From an uncultured delta proteobacterium (GTDB lineage Bacteria; Myxococcota_A; Polyangia; Polyangiales; Polyangiaceae): 64,000 bases of DNA. This document shows positions 30,276-40,596 of this stretch, piece by piece. The DNA lies in contig CAWJCS010000006.1 of assembly GCA_963841435.1 (NCBI GenBank), positions 1,312,001 to 1,376,000 on the forward strand, in the 5' to 3' direction. A model generated the notes under the pieces. It had not been told where the DNA came from and searched no databases. It was given only the letters and a program-made list of their open reading frames with translations. Numbering within the stretch: position 1 is the stretch's first letter; each line of letters starts with the position of its first letter. The position numbers were made by a program, and so were the translations under genes.

Positions 30276-32096
30276 CTACCCCGGCTGGGCGCCCGCCGAG
30301 GGCGCGCGGGTCCTGTTCGCGCGCCGCGCACTCTCCGCGCGCTCCTTTACGCCGAGCAACATGCGTCGATCCATGGCGAAGCCCACCGGTTCGAGCAGCG
30401 TCGGGCCGAACGCCAGGCGCGTCGCAATGTCGTCGGAGCACGCCGCTCGGTAGCGGCTCACGAGCCGTGAGCGCGCCTCGCCGAGGGGCTCCACGAAAAA
30501 GAGCCAACTGACGGCGGCCCAGGGCCTTGCGTGGGCGCGCGCTTCGTCGTCGGCGTGCGATGCCGCCACGAAGTAGTGCCCCGGCGAGACCGCGACGATT
30601 TCCAAGTGCGGTGCCTGCGGGTCCGGATGCAGCAGCAACGATTGCCCCACCCTAAGCCGCCATTCCGGGTGGATCGTTTCCGCGTTCGCGATCTTGCAGC
30701 CCACGACGTTTTCGAGAAATTGGTAGCTGTAGAACCCGGCGCGGTCGGCACCGACCTGTGCCACCCATGCCCACACGTCATCGGCAGGTGCGTCGATCTC
30801 GACGCCGTGCGTCCAGCTCCAGCGCGGCTCGGCGACGATGGAGTCACCCGGGTACGCGCGCTCGGCGGCCGTCTCGTCGAGCCCCCAGTGCCGACGGGCA
30901 CGACGCAGGAAGGGCGAGAGGAGGGCCGCAAGGATGATGGCCACGCCGCCCGCGCCTTCGAGCACGTCGCGGAGATCGTCACGCGAAAGGGTTCCCTCGG
31001 CTCGCGCCTTGAGGTTTCTCAGCATCTCGGTCTGCGTGAAGGCGTGGACGGGGCGGATCCACATCGCATGCAGGCGTCCGCTCGTGGGAAATGCCGCTCG
31101 TGCGCGAACGTGCAACCGCGTTGACGTAGCGTCGAGCGGCTCGAGCACGAAGGCCCACGTGACTTGCCAGAACTCCGCGGGCCGGGCCATGGCGAACGGC
31201 ACCTGCTTCTTCGGGCCTGCGTCGAACAGGCCGCCGAGGACGAGCGCACGCGACGGCTCGATCCGTAGCACCTCGAACCCTTCGTCTCCTTCCGGCTCCG
31301 CAGGTAGTACCTGGCCGATTTGGATGTCCTGGAGCTCCGGATGCACCTCACGTGCGCTGCGCACGCCGGCATTGTCGAGCATGTCGTACGAGTAGAAACC
31401 GGCCCGTCGGCAACCGAGCTGGACGAGCCACGGCCAGATGCGCTCGGGTGGCGCCGCGATCGTGATGCCGTGCGTCAGCTGCGCGGCTGCGTCCGGCAGG
31501 AGGTCGTCGCCGTCGAGTGGGCGCTCGTTCTCTCGGCTTTCGGGGGTGCCGAGCTCGTGCGCGAGAGAAGCGAGCATTGTCCGCCGGATGAAGTGCGACC
31601 CCGGGCCGATCACGCGGAAGTAGCGCCGGAACTTCCGCCATGCTTCTTCGTCCGTCGCGTCGATGCGCACCTCGAACTCGACGCGCGAGCCATGCTCACC
31701 CCGCGGCTCGATCCGGATGGCCCAGGCGACTTTGACGAAGTCCGGCTCCTCGAAGGCGGCGAAGCGTTCGGCGTCGGGGACGTGCACGAACGGGATTTCG
31801 AGGTGCCACACCTTGCCGATGGCGCCCACGGCCACCTCGTGCGGGGGTTCCTCGCCGAGGATCTGGAAGCCGGGCTTGTCGGGCGACGATACGATGTCGT
31901 CGAGGCAGAGACGCACTTCTTCGTTCCTTCCGCGCAAGCGGTCGGGAAGGGTGCGGACTGCGAACAGCGCTCGAACGAGTGGCGAACGCCCCAGATTGCC
32001 GTGGCGCAAGAGCTCCCAGACGCGCTCCGGCGGCGCAGCGAGGTCGGCGTGGTCGATCTCGGCGAGGCGAGGCGTCGCGAGCAGCTTCTCGAGCAT
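30276..32096 (-). CDS. Multi-domain SRPBCC/START-like protein with internal duplication
   Basis: Three APPERVW-like starts; two copies of HG(I/V)xIxAP...W.W..Q.G..RAGFYSY. Confidence 0.7.
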   Translation of the reverse strand: MLEKLLATPRLAEIDHADLAAPPERVWELLRHGNLGRSPLVRALFAVRTLPDRLRGRNEEVRLCLDDIVSSPDKPGFQILGEEPPHEVAVGAIGKVWHLEIPFVHVPDAERFAAFEEPDFVKVAWAIRIEPRGEHGSRVEFEVRIDATDEEAWRKFRRYFRVIGPGSHFIRRTMLASLAHELGTPESRENERPLDGDDLLPDAAAQLTHGITIAAPPERIWPWLVQLGCRRAGFYSYDMLDNAGVRSAREVHPELQDIQIGQVLPAEPEGDEGFEVLRIEPSRALVLGGLFDAGPKKQVPFAMARPAEFWQVTWAFVLEPLDATSTRLHVRARAAFPTSGRLHAMWIRPVHAFTQTEMLRNLKARAEGTLSRDDLRDVLEGAGGVAIILAALLSPFLRRARRHWGLDETAAERAYPGDSIVAEPRWSWTHGVEIDAPADDVWAWVAQVGADRAGFYSYQFLENVVGCKIANAETIHPEWRLRVGQSLLLHPDPQAPHLEIVAVSPGHYFVAASHADDEARAHARPWAAVSWLFFVEPLGEARSRLVSRYRAACSDDIATRLAFGPTLLEPVGFAMDRRMLLGVKERAESARRANRTRAPSAGAQPG

Positions 32097-32293
32097 GATG
32101 CCGCCCAGGGGTCGCAAGAGCCGTGCCGCCGGCGCAGCCCGACGCAGGGCTTGCTCGTCCCGAGCGCTCCGTGGCGCTGTCCGCTTCGACGCTTCGCGAA
32201 TTGGACCGCCAGCGCGTAAGACCTGCGTTCGACGCTTGCCCCGGCGCAAGACGTGCAGAAGAAGCGCTCACCGCACTGTGCGCGTGAGTGCGC

Positions 32294-32791
32294 TCACTCC
32301 TTTCTGATCGCCCGCCAATCCTCGCGCAAGCGCAGGTGCAAGGCGGGGTCGGGCGCGCCGACACCGAGGCGTGCGAGCACGGCGAACGGCTCGTCGACGA
32401 GCTCGGTGGGCACCGCCTGGGTGAGCATCTGCGCGCCCAGCATGGCGGTCTGCAGGGCCATCCGGTAGACCGGATTGAGCCGCACGGCGATGTAGAGACG
32501 GCTCGGTCGAGTCGTGATCTCGGTTCGCCGCGCCGAGAACACGGCGCGTGCCTCGCGCGACAGGCTCGTCAACGAGCGCCAATCGTGGACGATCGTCGGA
32601 GGCGCAGAGCCCTGGGTTTGGCCGAGCCACAGGAAGAGGTCGATCAACGCGTGCGCGTCGTCTGCACCCACGGTGGGCCCCAGGGTTTGCGTCACGACGG
32701 CGCCTCGCTCCGGAAACACCCACGCGCGCCCGCTCGGAGAAAAGGCGATGCCCTCGGGCCAGGCATGCGCGGCGTCTTGGGCTAAAAGCAA
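32294..32791 (-). CDS. STAS/SEC14 (SpoIIAA-like) hypothetical protein
   Basis: IVHDWRSLTSLSREAR...NPVYRMAL pattern. Confidence 0.5.
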   Translation of the reverse strand: MLLAQDAAHAWPEGIAFSPSGRAWVFPERGAVVTQTLGPTVGADDAHALIDLFLWLGQTQGSAPPTIVHDWRSLTSLSREARAVFSARRTEITTRPSRLYIAVRLNPVYRMALQTAMLGAQMLTQAVPTELVDEPFAVLARLGVGAPDPALHLRLREDWRAIRKE

Positions 32792-32876
32792 GGGTAGCCC
32801 CCGAATATACCACGGAAAACGGCGCCTTTTCCCCGGGGCTTTGTCCCGAACCCGCCTTCCTCGGAGATAGACGATT

Positions 32877-33617
32877 TCAGAAGTAGACGAACATGCCGGC
32901 CTGCAGCCCGAGGTCGGTCGTCTTCACGTCGGTCTTGGTCGTGACCTCCTGACCCATGCCGTTCAGCGTCGTCACCTTGTCGGACCCGCTGAGACCGATG
33001 TCGAAGATGGGCGCGACCTGAAACCCCACGTGTGGAACCGGGGTGATCACGAACGGCACCTCGAGCGTGAGCGCCAACGCGTTCGAGCTCGAATTGGGGT
33101 AGCCGTCGGTGTCCTCGCTGCCGCTGTGGACGAAGGTGATGCCACCGCGCGGCCAGATGCCGAGCATCGGTGTGAACATGAACGCGTAGCCCACGCGCGG
33201 AGCGAGCAGGAACCCGTTGGCGGTGCCCGTGTCCTGGGTTACGGACTGGCCGCCGCCCTCCTGTTTGACGCTTCCGGAGACATGGAAGTAGCCGATCGAG
33301 CCACCGACGCCGAGGCCGTTGATCACGAAGTAGTCGAAGGAAATCCTCGGGACCGCGTACCCGGTCGTGATGGGGCCGGTCGCATTCACGAGCAGGTTGA
33401 CGTTCGTGTACTTGTTCGTCGTCGTCACGTTGACGCCGCCGACGACGTTGTCCTGGCTCCGCGAAGTGAACACGATGCCGAATAGGCGCTCAGCGCCCAC
33501 GGCGAACTGGCCCTTCGAGCCGAACCCTGTTCCCGCTTCCTGGGCCGACGCGGTCCCCGCCCAACCGAGCCCCAAACCCAACACCAAGAACGCTCCGACC
33601 CTCATCGATGGACTCAT
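32877..33617 (-). CDS. Outer-membrane beta-barrel protein
   Basis: Signal peptide ending ASA-Q, amphipathic strands, C-terminal YF. Confidence 0.8.
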   Translation of the reverse strand: MSPSMRVGAFLVLGLGLGWAGTASAQEAGTGFGSKGQFAVGAERLFGIVFTSRSQDNVVGGVNVTTTNKYTNVNLLVNATGPITTGYAVPRISFDYFVINGLGVGGSIGYFHVSGSVKQEGGGQSVTQDTGTANGFLLAPRVGYAFMFTPMLGIWPRGGITFVHSGSEDTDGYPNSSSNALALTLEVPFVITPVPHVGFQVAPIFDIGLSGSDKVTTLNGMGQEVTTKTDVKTTDLGLQAGMFVYF

Positions 33618-33833
33618 ATGGATCTCCCTTTTGCGCTCTCTCGGGAGCGCTTCCGAGGTTCGTCGTGGAAACGACCGACCGGCGCATCCTACTCCGATCC
33701 TCGGACGGAGGTGCGTGTAGGTGCGGATGTAATGCCGTCCGGCCGCGGCGCCATCCAGGGCTGAAACGGCCGCAAAGCGTGGCGAGCTCGCGCGAGGCGC
33801 GCACGGTTCGGCGTCTCCGCTACCCTCTGACGC

Positions 33834-35258
33834 ATGCCGCTGAACGACGCCACGGCCCGCTGGGTTGACGAGGAGTACGAGCAATCGATCGTTCCGACCC
33901 TTTGCGAGTACGTCGCGATCCCGAACAAGTCGCCGTTCTTCGAGCGCGACTGGCGTGCGACCGGCCACATGGAGCGTGCCGTCGAGCTGCTCTCGGGCTG
34001 GGCGAGGGCGCGGCTGCCAGAGGGTGCGACGCTCGAGGTGGTGCGGCTCGGGGAGCGCACGCCCGTCATCCTGATCGATGTCCCTGGCAGTCCCGGTGGG
34101 GGCGGCGGGAGCGTGCTCTTGTACGGCCACCTCGACAAGCAGCCCGAGATGACGGGATGGCGGGCGGGTCTCGGCCCGTGGACACCAGTGCGCGAGGGAG
34201 AGCGCCTTTACGGGCGCGGCGTCGCCGACGACGGCTACGCGATCTTCGCGGCGCTGACCGCAGTGAACGCCGTGTGCCGCGACGGGCTGCCGCACGCGCG
34301 CTCGCTCATTCTCATCGAAGCCTGTGAGGAATCGGGCAGCGGGGATCTGCCAGCCTACGTCGAGCATCTCATGCCGAAGCTCGACGCGCTGTCGCTCGTC
34401 GTGTGCCTGGATTCCGGCTGCGCGAGCTACGATGCGCTCTGGGCAACGACGTCGCTTCGCGGGATCGTGCTCGGAACGCTCGAGGTGTCGCTGTTGCGAG
34501 AAGGCGTGCACTCGGGCGACGGCACGGGCGTCATCGCGGCGAGCGAGCGCGTGATGCGGGTCCTCCTGGATCGACTCGAGGAGAGCCGCACGGGCGTCGT
34601 ACTCCTGCCGGAGCTCTCGACGCCCATCCCAGCCGCACGCAGGCTTCAGGCGGAACGCGCCGCGGAGGTGCTCGGTGCCGAGGTCTGGAACAAGTTCCCC
34701 GTGCAGCCCGGGGTCGAGCCCGTGACGAAAGACGCAGCGGAGCTGATCCTCAACCGGACCTGGCGCGCCGGTCTCGCGGTGACGGCGGCCGAGGGCTTTC
34801 CGTCGCCCGAGAGCGCCGGCAACGTGCTGCGGCCCCTCACCAAGCTCATGCTGTCGATCCGCATCCCGCCGCGCGTGGATCCTGCGGTGGCGGCGCGCGC
34901 CGTGCAGACGGCCGTCGAGCGCGAGCCACCGTACGGCGCGAAGGTCACCTGGACCCCGATGGGGGCCGTCGCTGGCTGGGATGCTCCGGAGCTCTCGCCC
35001 TGGCTCGAGCGCGCGCTCGACGAGAGCTCGCTCCGCCGCTTCGGCAAACCCGCCTTTTACATGGGCGAGGGCGGCTCGATCCCTTTCATGCACATGCTCG
35101 GCCAGGCCTTCCCGAGCGCCGAGTTTTGCATCACCGGCGTGCTCGGGCCCGGCTCGAACGCCCACGGGCCCAACGAATTTTTGCATCTTCCGACGGCGAA
35201 GAAGCTAACACTCTGTGTGGCCGATGTGCTCGCAGCGCATGCCACGCGCGCGGGCTGA
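33834..35258 (+). CDS. M20 family metallopeptidase (dipeptidase-like)
   Basis: YGHLDKQP, GRGVADDG, EACEESGS, GEGGSIP, NAHGPNE. Confidence 0.93.
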   Translation: MPLNDATARWVDEEYEQSIVPTLCEYVAIPNKSPFFERDWRATGHMERAVELLSGWARARLPEGATLEVVRLGERTPVILIDVPGSPGGGGGSVLLYGHLDKQPEMTGWRAGLGPWTPVREGERLYGRGVADDGYAIFAALTAVNAVCRDGLPHARSLILIEACEESGSGDLPAYVEHLMPKLDALSLVVCLDSGCASYDALWATTSLRGIVLGTLEVSLLREGVHSGDGTGVIAASERVMRVLLDRLEESRTGVVLLPELSTPIPAARRLQAERAAEVLGAEVWNKFPVQPGVEPVTKDAAELILNRTWRAGLAVTAAEGFPSPESAGNVLRPLTKLMLSIRIPPRVDPAVAARAVQTAVEREPPYGAKVTWTPMGAVAGWDAPELSPWLERALDESSLRRFGKPAFYMGEGGSIPFMHMLGQAFPSAEFCITGVLGPGSNAHGPNEFLHLPTAKKLTLCVADVLAAHATRAG

Positions 35259-35263
35259 CGAGC

Positions 35264-35986
35264 TCACTCGCTCCGCGTGCCGTCGATGCGATAGCGCGCG
35301 AGGTCGAGGTGAAAGTGGTTTCGGTGCAGGGAGTCGAACGCGGGCGTGATGACGACCGAAAAGACGTCCTCGTCGTAGAGTCGATGCGAAAGCGCGTCGA
35401 GAAAGCGAGCTTGCGTGCGACGGGGCTCGCGGTCGAACCGTCCGAAGCTCCCGAGGACCGAGATCCGCCTGCCGTCTTCGAGAACGAAGCTTTCGATGTC
35501 GATGGCGTTCGCGTAGCTGTGTTCGCTCACCCAGTCGGGAAAGCGCGCCATCTTGCGGCAATTGTAGGTGCCGAGGTGGGCGATCCGGACGACGCGCTTG
35601 CCGAAGACCCGGCGCGCCTCCTCTTCGAGCACGTGCTCGAAGCGTGAGAGGGCGAGTGCCATGCCGCAGCTCAGGACCAGCGACGAGCCGTAGCGGATTT
35701 TCTCGGGTCCGCTGCGGTAGACGACGGCCTGTGACGCGCCGCAGGAGGGCACGCCGTGGCGGCCGGGCCGGACGGGCAGGGAAGCGCGCTCGAATTTCAC
35801 GCCAGCCGCCGCGAGCTGGTCCTCGCAGCCCGCGATCTCTTCGGGCGGGGCGACGACGAAATCGTTGTCCGGATCGTGGTCGGCCATGGGCCGGGCGACG
35901 GTGAACACTTCGTCCCGAGCGGCCGCGGGAGCACCGGGTGCGAGCCCGAGCACCGCGATTCCTGCGGCTGCGAAAAGCGGCGTCAT
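35264..35986 (-). CDS. Extensin-like C-terminal family secreted protein
   Basis: GTYNCR, SEHSYANAIDI, HRNHFHLD. Confidence 0.85.
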   Translation of the reverse strand: MTPLFAAAGIAVLGLAPGAPAAARDEVFTVARPMADHDPDNDFVVAPPEEIAGCEDQLAAAGVKFERASLPVRPGRHGVPSCGASQAVVYRSGPEKIRYGSSLVLSCGMALALSRFEHVLEEEARRVFGKRVVRIAHLGTYNCRKMARFPDWVSEHSYANAIDIESFVLEDGRRISVLGSFGRFDREPRRTQARFLDALSHRLYDEDVFSVVITPAFDSLHRNHFHLDLARYRIDGTRSE

Positions 35987-36289
35987 CCATCGCTTGGCAG
36001 CGAACGGGGTGGTCACTCGACGTTCGACGGGGCGAGCGTGCGGGAGCTTCGAAAGCACGGATTTTTCCCGGAAGGCTGACACTCCCGTCGCCGGTTTTCT
36101 TGGGTGGCGCGAGCCGTGCAGCGACGACGACGCGAGCCGCGGCTGCGCCGTGCCACGCGGCCAAGCGGTTGACCCATCAGGATGCATCACGCAATATTGT
36201 GGCGATGACGGAACATCGATGGCGGCTTGTGCCGGCGCCGCTACCGCGCGAAGAAATCACGCGGACCCGCCGGGCGGGGATAGTGTCGT

Positions 36290-37912
36290 ATGCGACGAGC
36301 CATCGTTTCTGCATTCTTGTTCGCGAGCGCGTGGGGTACGGCGTGCAGCAGCGAGAACGGCACGTCGGATCCGGGCGCCGGGAGCGCGGGTCTTCCTGCC
36401 GCGGGCTCGAACGGGAGCGGTGCCGGCGGCGCAACGGCTGGTAGCGCTACGGTCGGCGGTAGCTCGGGCTCTGGAGGCTCGGGCGGCGGTGTGGAGCAGG
36501 GTGGCAGCAGCGGGCAAGCCGTTGGCGGTGCCGGCGGCGACACGGCGGCGAGCGGCGGTTCGGGGGGAGCGTCCGCGGGTTCGTCGGGTGACGGTGGCAA
36601 CGCTGGGGCGGCCAAAGGTGGCATGGCGGGCGGGGCGAGCGGCAGCGCCGGTGACGCGCCCGTGAGCTGCGATGCCGGCGAAAAGCCCGCGATCGGCGGG
36701 CTCGGCATCGAAACCGCGCTCACGAGCAGCGAGCTCGTGGGGATGACGTACGCGGTTCAGCCGCCCGACTCGGACGACTGGTACCTCGTCGAGCAGCGCG
36801 GGCGGATTGTCGTGTTCGCCGACGGTGCCCTCCGCCCGACGCCGTTTTTCGACGTGCGCGCTCAGATCACGCTCGATGCCTCCTACGACGAGCGCGGCCT
36901 CCACTCCATTGCCTTCCCGCCCGACTTCGCGACGAGCGGCCTTTTTTACATCGTCATGACGCCGACGAGCGGCGCGAACGCGAACCGCGATCTCGTGCTC
37001 GAACACCGGCTCTCGACCAGTGACCCCTACGTTGCGGACATGACGCCCGTTCGCGAGATCCTGAGTCTCGAGGGCGCGCCCACGAGCGTGGGCATGTTTG
37101 CCAACCTGCACAACGCCTACACGGCGAAGTTCGGCCCGGACGGCATGCTCTACGTTGGCATGGGTGATGGCGGCGGAAGCTGCAACGACAACCCTGGGTT
37201 CGAAGACCGGCCGCAGGACATTGCGTCGCCGAACGGCAAGCTGTTGCGCCTCGATCCTTCCGCCGACGCGCCCTACGGCGCGGCCGACAACCCGTTCGTC
37301 AACGACGGTGACCCGCGGGTGCTCCACTACGGCCTGAGAAATCCCTTCCGCTTCGGCTGGGACGCGGTGACGGGCGACCTTTACATCGGCGACGTGGGTC
37401 AGGACACGCACGAGGAGCTCGACGTGGCGCCCGCCGGCGCCAAGGGCCTGAACTTCGGCTGGGCGAGCGAGGAAGGCGACGAAGCGACCTGTCCGGGGCG
37501 CGCGTTGCGCGACGGCGCGACGGTGACCCCGCCCATCTTCTTCACCTCTCACGGCGGTGGCAGCGGGCTCGCCCCGGCGTGCTCGGCGTCGCCGTTCTGC
37601 GACTACAGCGCGATCGTCGCCGGTGCGGTGTACCGCGGGACCGGGCTTCCGGCCCTACAGGGCGTGTACCTGTTCGGTGACTGGGCCGGCGACAACCTGG
37701 CGGCGCTCTATCACTGCGGGGATCAGACCTCCGACGTGACGGTCATCGACTACGTTCGGGACGCGAACCTTCCCGACGACGGGTACCTCGTGAAGGTCGG
37801 CACCAACGTGCCGGATCTCGACTCGCTGACGGCCATCGTGGAGGATCACGCGCGCGAGCTCTACCTCGTCGTCAACGGCAACAGCTTGCTCAAGATCGTG
37901 CCCGCGCCGTGA
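36290..37912 (+). CDS. PQQ-dependent sugar dehydrogenase (GSDH family) lipoprotein
   Basis: Lipobox GTAC, Gly/Ser linker, ERGLHSIAF, FGPDGMLYVGMGDGG, YGLRNPFR, GDVGQ. Confidence 0.9.
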   Translation: MRRAIVSAFLFASAWGTACSSENGTSDPGAGSAGLPAAGSNGSGAGGATAGSATVGGSSGSGGSGGGVEQGGSSGQAVGGAGGDTAASGGSGGASAGSSGDGGNAGAAKGGMAGGASGSAGDAPVSCDAGEKPAIGGLGIETALTSSELVGMTYAVQPPDSDDWYLVEQRGRIVVFADGALRPTPFFDVRAQITLDASYDERGLHSIAFPPDFATSGLFYIVMTPTSGANANRDLVLEHRLSTSDPYVADMTPVREILSLEGAPTSVGMFANLHNAYTAKFGPDGMLYVGMGDGGGSCNDNPGFEDRPQDIASPNGKLLRLDPSADAPYGAADNPFVNDGDPRVLHYGLRNPFRFGWDAVTGDLYIGDVGQDTHEELDVAPAGAKGLNFGWASEEGDEATCPGRALRDGATVTPPIFFTSHGGGSGLAPACSASPFCDYSAIVAGAVYRGTGLPALQGVYLFGDWAGDNLAALYHCGDQTSDVTVIDYVRDANLPDDGYLVKVGTNVPDLDSLTAIVEDHARELYLVVNGNSLLKIVPAP

Positions 37913-39024
37913 CACCGAGTTCGCGCCGACACCACTTCCGAACGGCCCTGCTCCTCGCGCTCTCGGCCTGTGGTGGGCAGGACCCGGGGGCGCGGGCCGG
38001 CGGAAACGCGGGCCCGGTTTGCCGCGATTTCGTGAAACCGAGCGACTGCTCGATCCCCTCGGGCGCGGTGCTTCCGGGGGAGCTTCGCTGCACGGGGCTG
38101 TACGCGGACTTCGAGGCTCGCGAGCTCTCGTGTGGTGTCCAAGCGTACACGCCGACCTTCGTGCTCTGGTCCGACGGCGCCGTGAAGCAACGCTACGTGT
38201 CCCTGCCGGAAGGCTCGACGATCGACGTGAGCGAGCCGGACGCCTTCGTCTACCCGGTGGGCACTCGCTTCTGGAAGGAGTTCGCGCTCGAAGCGCCGAT
38301 GGGCCTCCGTCGCGCGGAGACGCGGCTGCTCGAAAAGAGCGAGGCCGGCTGGATCTACACGACGTACGTTTGGTCCGCCGATCAGACGACCGCCGTGCAG
38401 ACCAACGACGGCGTGCCGAACCTCGACGAAACCGGACACACCGTGCCCTCGCGCGTGCAATGTAAGGAATGCCACGCGGGGCGCGCCGATTACGTGCTCG
38501 GCTGGGACGCCTTGATGCTCGGCGATGGCGCGACCGGCCTCAACCTCGCCACGCTCGAGCAGCGTGGACTTCTCACGTGGAACGGTCAGGCAACCGGCGC
38601 GCCGAGCCCGCTTTCTCTCACGGTCCCGGGCGAGGACGCGGATCGCGCGGCGCTCGGCTACCTGCACGCGAACTGCGGCGTGAGCTGCCACAACGGCACG
38701 TCGCCGGCCCTCGCGCGCGAGACCGGTTTCTTCACCCGACTCGACGCCGGGACGCTCGCGAGCGTCGCAGCGACGGCGGTCGTCACGACGGGGACCGGTC
38801 GTCCGCCGAGCCCCAATGCCCCCCTTGGCGGTCTGCCCGAGCCCGACGGCGGGTTCTTCGATCTCGTGCCGGCCAATCCGGAGCAGAGCTTGCTCCTCGC
38901 GCGCATGAAGGTGCGCGGCATCGATGCCCAGATGCCTCGCGTCGCGACGAACGTGGTCAACCCAGCGGGTGTCGAAGCCGTGGAGGCGTGGATCCTGGGG
39001 CTGACCCGCGAACGGGGATTCTGA
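37909..39024 (+). CDS. SO2930-like diheme c-type cytochrome lipoprotein
   Basis: LSAC lipobox, LWSDGAVKQR, YPVGT..KEF, ETRLL, CKECH, NCGVSCH, QMP. Confidence 0.78.
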   Translation: MTPSSRRHHFRTALLLALSACGGQDPGARAGGNAGPVCRDFVKPSDCSIPSGAVLPGELRCTGLYADFEARELSCGVQAYTPTFVLWSDGAVKQRYVSLPEGSTIDVSEPDAFVYPVGTRFWKEFALEAPMGLRRAETRLLEKSEAGWIYTTYVWSADQTTAVQTNDGVPNLDETGHTVPSRVQCKECHAGRADYVLGWDALMLGDGATGLNLATLEQRGLLTWNGQATGAPSPLSLTVPGEDADRAALGYLHANCGVSCHNGTSPALARETGFFTRLDAGTLASVAATAVVTTGTGRPPSPNAPLGGLPEPDGGFFDLVPANPEQSLLLARMKVRGIDAQMPRVATNVVNPAGVEAVEAWILGLTRERGF

Positions 39025-39151
39025 GGCGGGCCCTACGGACAGCGTGGGCCGAGGATCGTGCCGGCCGCGAGTCGCCCGTCGAGGACCCAGACCGCCGGAT
39101 TGAGCGGGCGCAACGCCGAGCACTCCGAGACGTTCGCGTTTCGTCGTGCGT

Positions 39152-40573
39152 TCAGCGTCGCCGGCGGCGCCAGAGCCCGGCTGCTGCGAGCACCAGGGAA
39201 AGCAGCGCCGAGTGCGACGCCCCGCGCGTGCGGACGCTGCATGTTCCGCACCCGCCGGCGTCCGCGGCGCCGGTCATCGGTGCCGCGCTGCTGGCCCCTG
39301 CGCTGCCGCTCGGCGTGCCCCCGGTCGCGGCGGCACCCGCCGACGCCGCGGAAGCTCCTGCCGCCGAGCCGCCCACGCCGCCCACGCCGCCCACGCCGCT
39401 CGCGCCGCCGACTCCGCCGCCGGCCGCGCCGCCGGAGCTTGCACCCGCTGTCGCGCTTCCGCCCGCGCCAGCGCCGCCGCTTGCCGAAGCGCCTGCGCCA
39501 CCACTCGCGCTGCCGGCCGCGCCCATGCCACCGGACCCGGCGCCTGCGGCGGCCGCACCGCTCGTGCCCGCTTCGCCTGCCGTGCCGGCGCCGCTCCCAC
39601 CCGCGCCTCCGCGGCCGGCCGTTGTGACCGTGATGGACACCGGCGCCGACGTGGCGGACGCTCCCGTCGCGTCGGTTGCGTTGGCGGTTAACGTGTACGA
39701 ACCGGGGGCAGCATCGGTCCACCTTGCCGTGAACGGCGACTGTGCCGTCGTCGCGAGCGACGTGGCTCCCTGTAAAAACTCGACCGACGCGATGGGCACC
39801 GTGCCCCCCGATGCCGTGGCGGCAAGGTCAACGAGCGGGCCCGCCACGGAGGCGCCCGCTACGGGGGTCGTGAGGGCGACGTCGGGCACTCGCAGCAGGC
39901 CGTCGTGCATCACCTGGGCCACGACGACGTACCCTGCATCGTTGGGGTGCACGCCGTCGGTGAAATTCTCGGGGTGCGCGGCCGTCGGCGCGTCGAGATC
40001 GATGGTCGGCAGTCCCTTCTGCATCGCCACCTGTTGGATCACGGGGTCTATCTCGTCGTGGATGATCGTGCCGCTGATGTCGAACCCGTTCGAAAATGCC
40101 GCCAACGGGAGCGCCAGGTAAACCACGGGGTGCGTTGACAACCCCGTGAAATGGTCGGCCATGGCCGAAAGGTCGGTCATGAACGCCGCGGCGCGCGTGC
40201 CGCCATTGACCATCCAGTTGTACGACTTCGAGTCGTTCGTGCCGAGCATGATGATCACGTTAACGACGGCACTCGCGCCCGCGCCGGACACGAAGCTCGT
40301 CGCGGCCGTGTACTCGCTCTGGTTCACGTAGGGTAAGTCCCCCGCGCTCAGCAGCGTGGCGCCCGAGTGTCCGAAATTTTGCACGACGACGCCCGAGCCG
40401 AAGAGCGCCTGGAGATCGGCCGGGTACGTTTTCGTGCCCGACGACGAGCCGACCCCCGCCGTGATGCTGTCACCGACGCACGCGACGTGAGTCGGCATGC
40501 GAGGCTCGGCGAGGGCAGGGGTGGCCGAAAGCACGGCCAGCGCGAGCGGCCCGACGATGCGACGAAGGGTCAT
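39152..40573 (-). CDS. GDSL/SGNH esterase + Ig-like domain + Gly linker + MYXO-CTERM
   Basis: GDSIT, MLGTNDS, DGVHPN; GSYTLTANATD; tail GGCGTCSV...LLSLVLAAAGLWRRRRR. Confidence 0.9.
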   Translation of the reverse strand: MTLRRIVGPLALAVLSATPALAEPRMPTHVACVGDSITAGVGSSSGTKTYPADLQALFGSGVVVQNFGHSGATLLSAGDLPYVNQSEYTAATSFVSGAGASAVVNVIIMLGTNDSKSYNWMVNGGTRAAAFMTDLSAMADHFTGLSTHPVVYLALPLAAFSNGFDISGTIIHDEIDPVIQQVAMQKGLPTIDLDAPTAAHPENFTDGVHPNDAGYVVVAQVMHDGLLRVPDVALTTPVAGASVAGPLVDLAATASGGTVPIASVEFLQGATSLATTAQSPFTARWTDAAPGSYTLTANATDATGASATSAPVSITVTTAGRGGAGGSGAGTAGEAGTSGAAAAGAGSGGMGAAGSASGGAGASASGGAGAGGSATAGASSGGAAGGGVGGASGVGGVGGVGGSAAGASAASAGAAATGGTPSGSAGASSAAPMTGAADAGGCGTCSVRTRGASHSALLSLVLAAAGLWRRRRR

Positions 40574-40596
40574 GGTTGGGACGCTCGGGTCATACG

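Noticed and set aside
39280-39620. Low-complexity GCC/GGC repeats (also near 36400-36650, 53780-54110, 54770-55160)
   Set aside because: Explained by Gly/Ser/Ala linkers of secreted proteins
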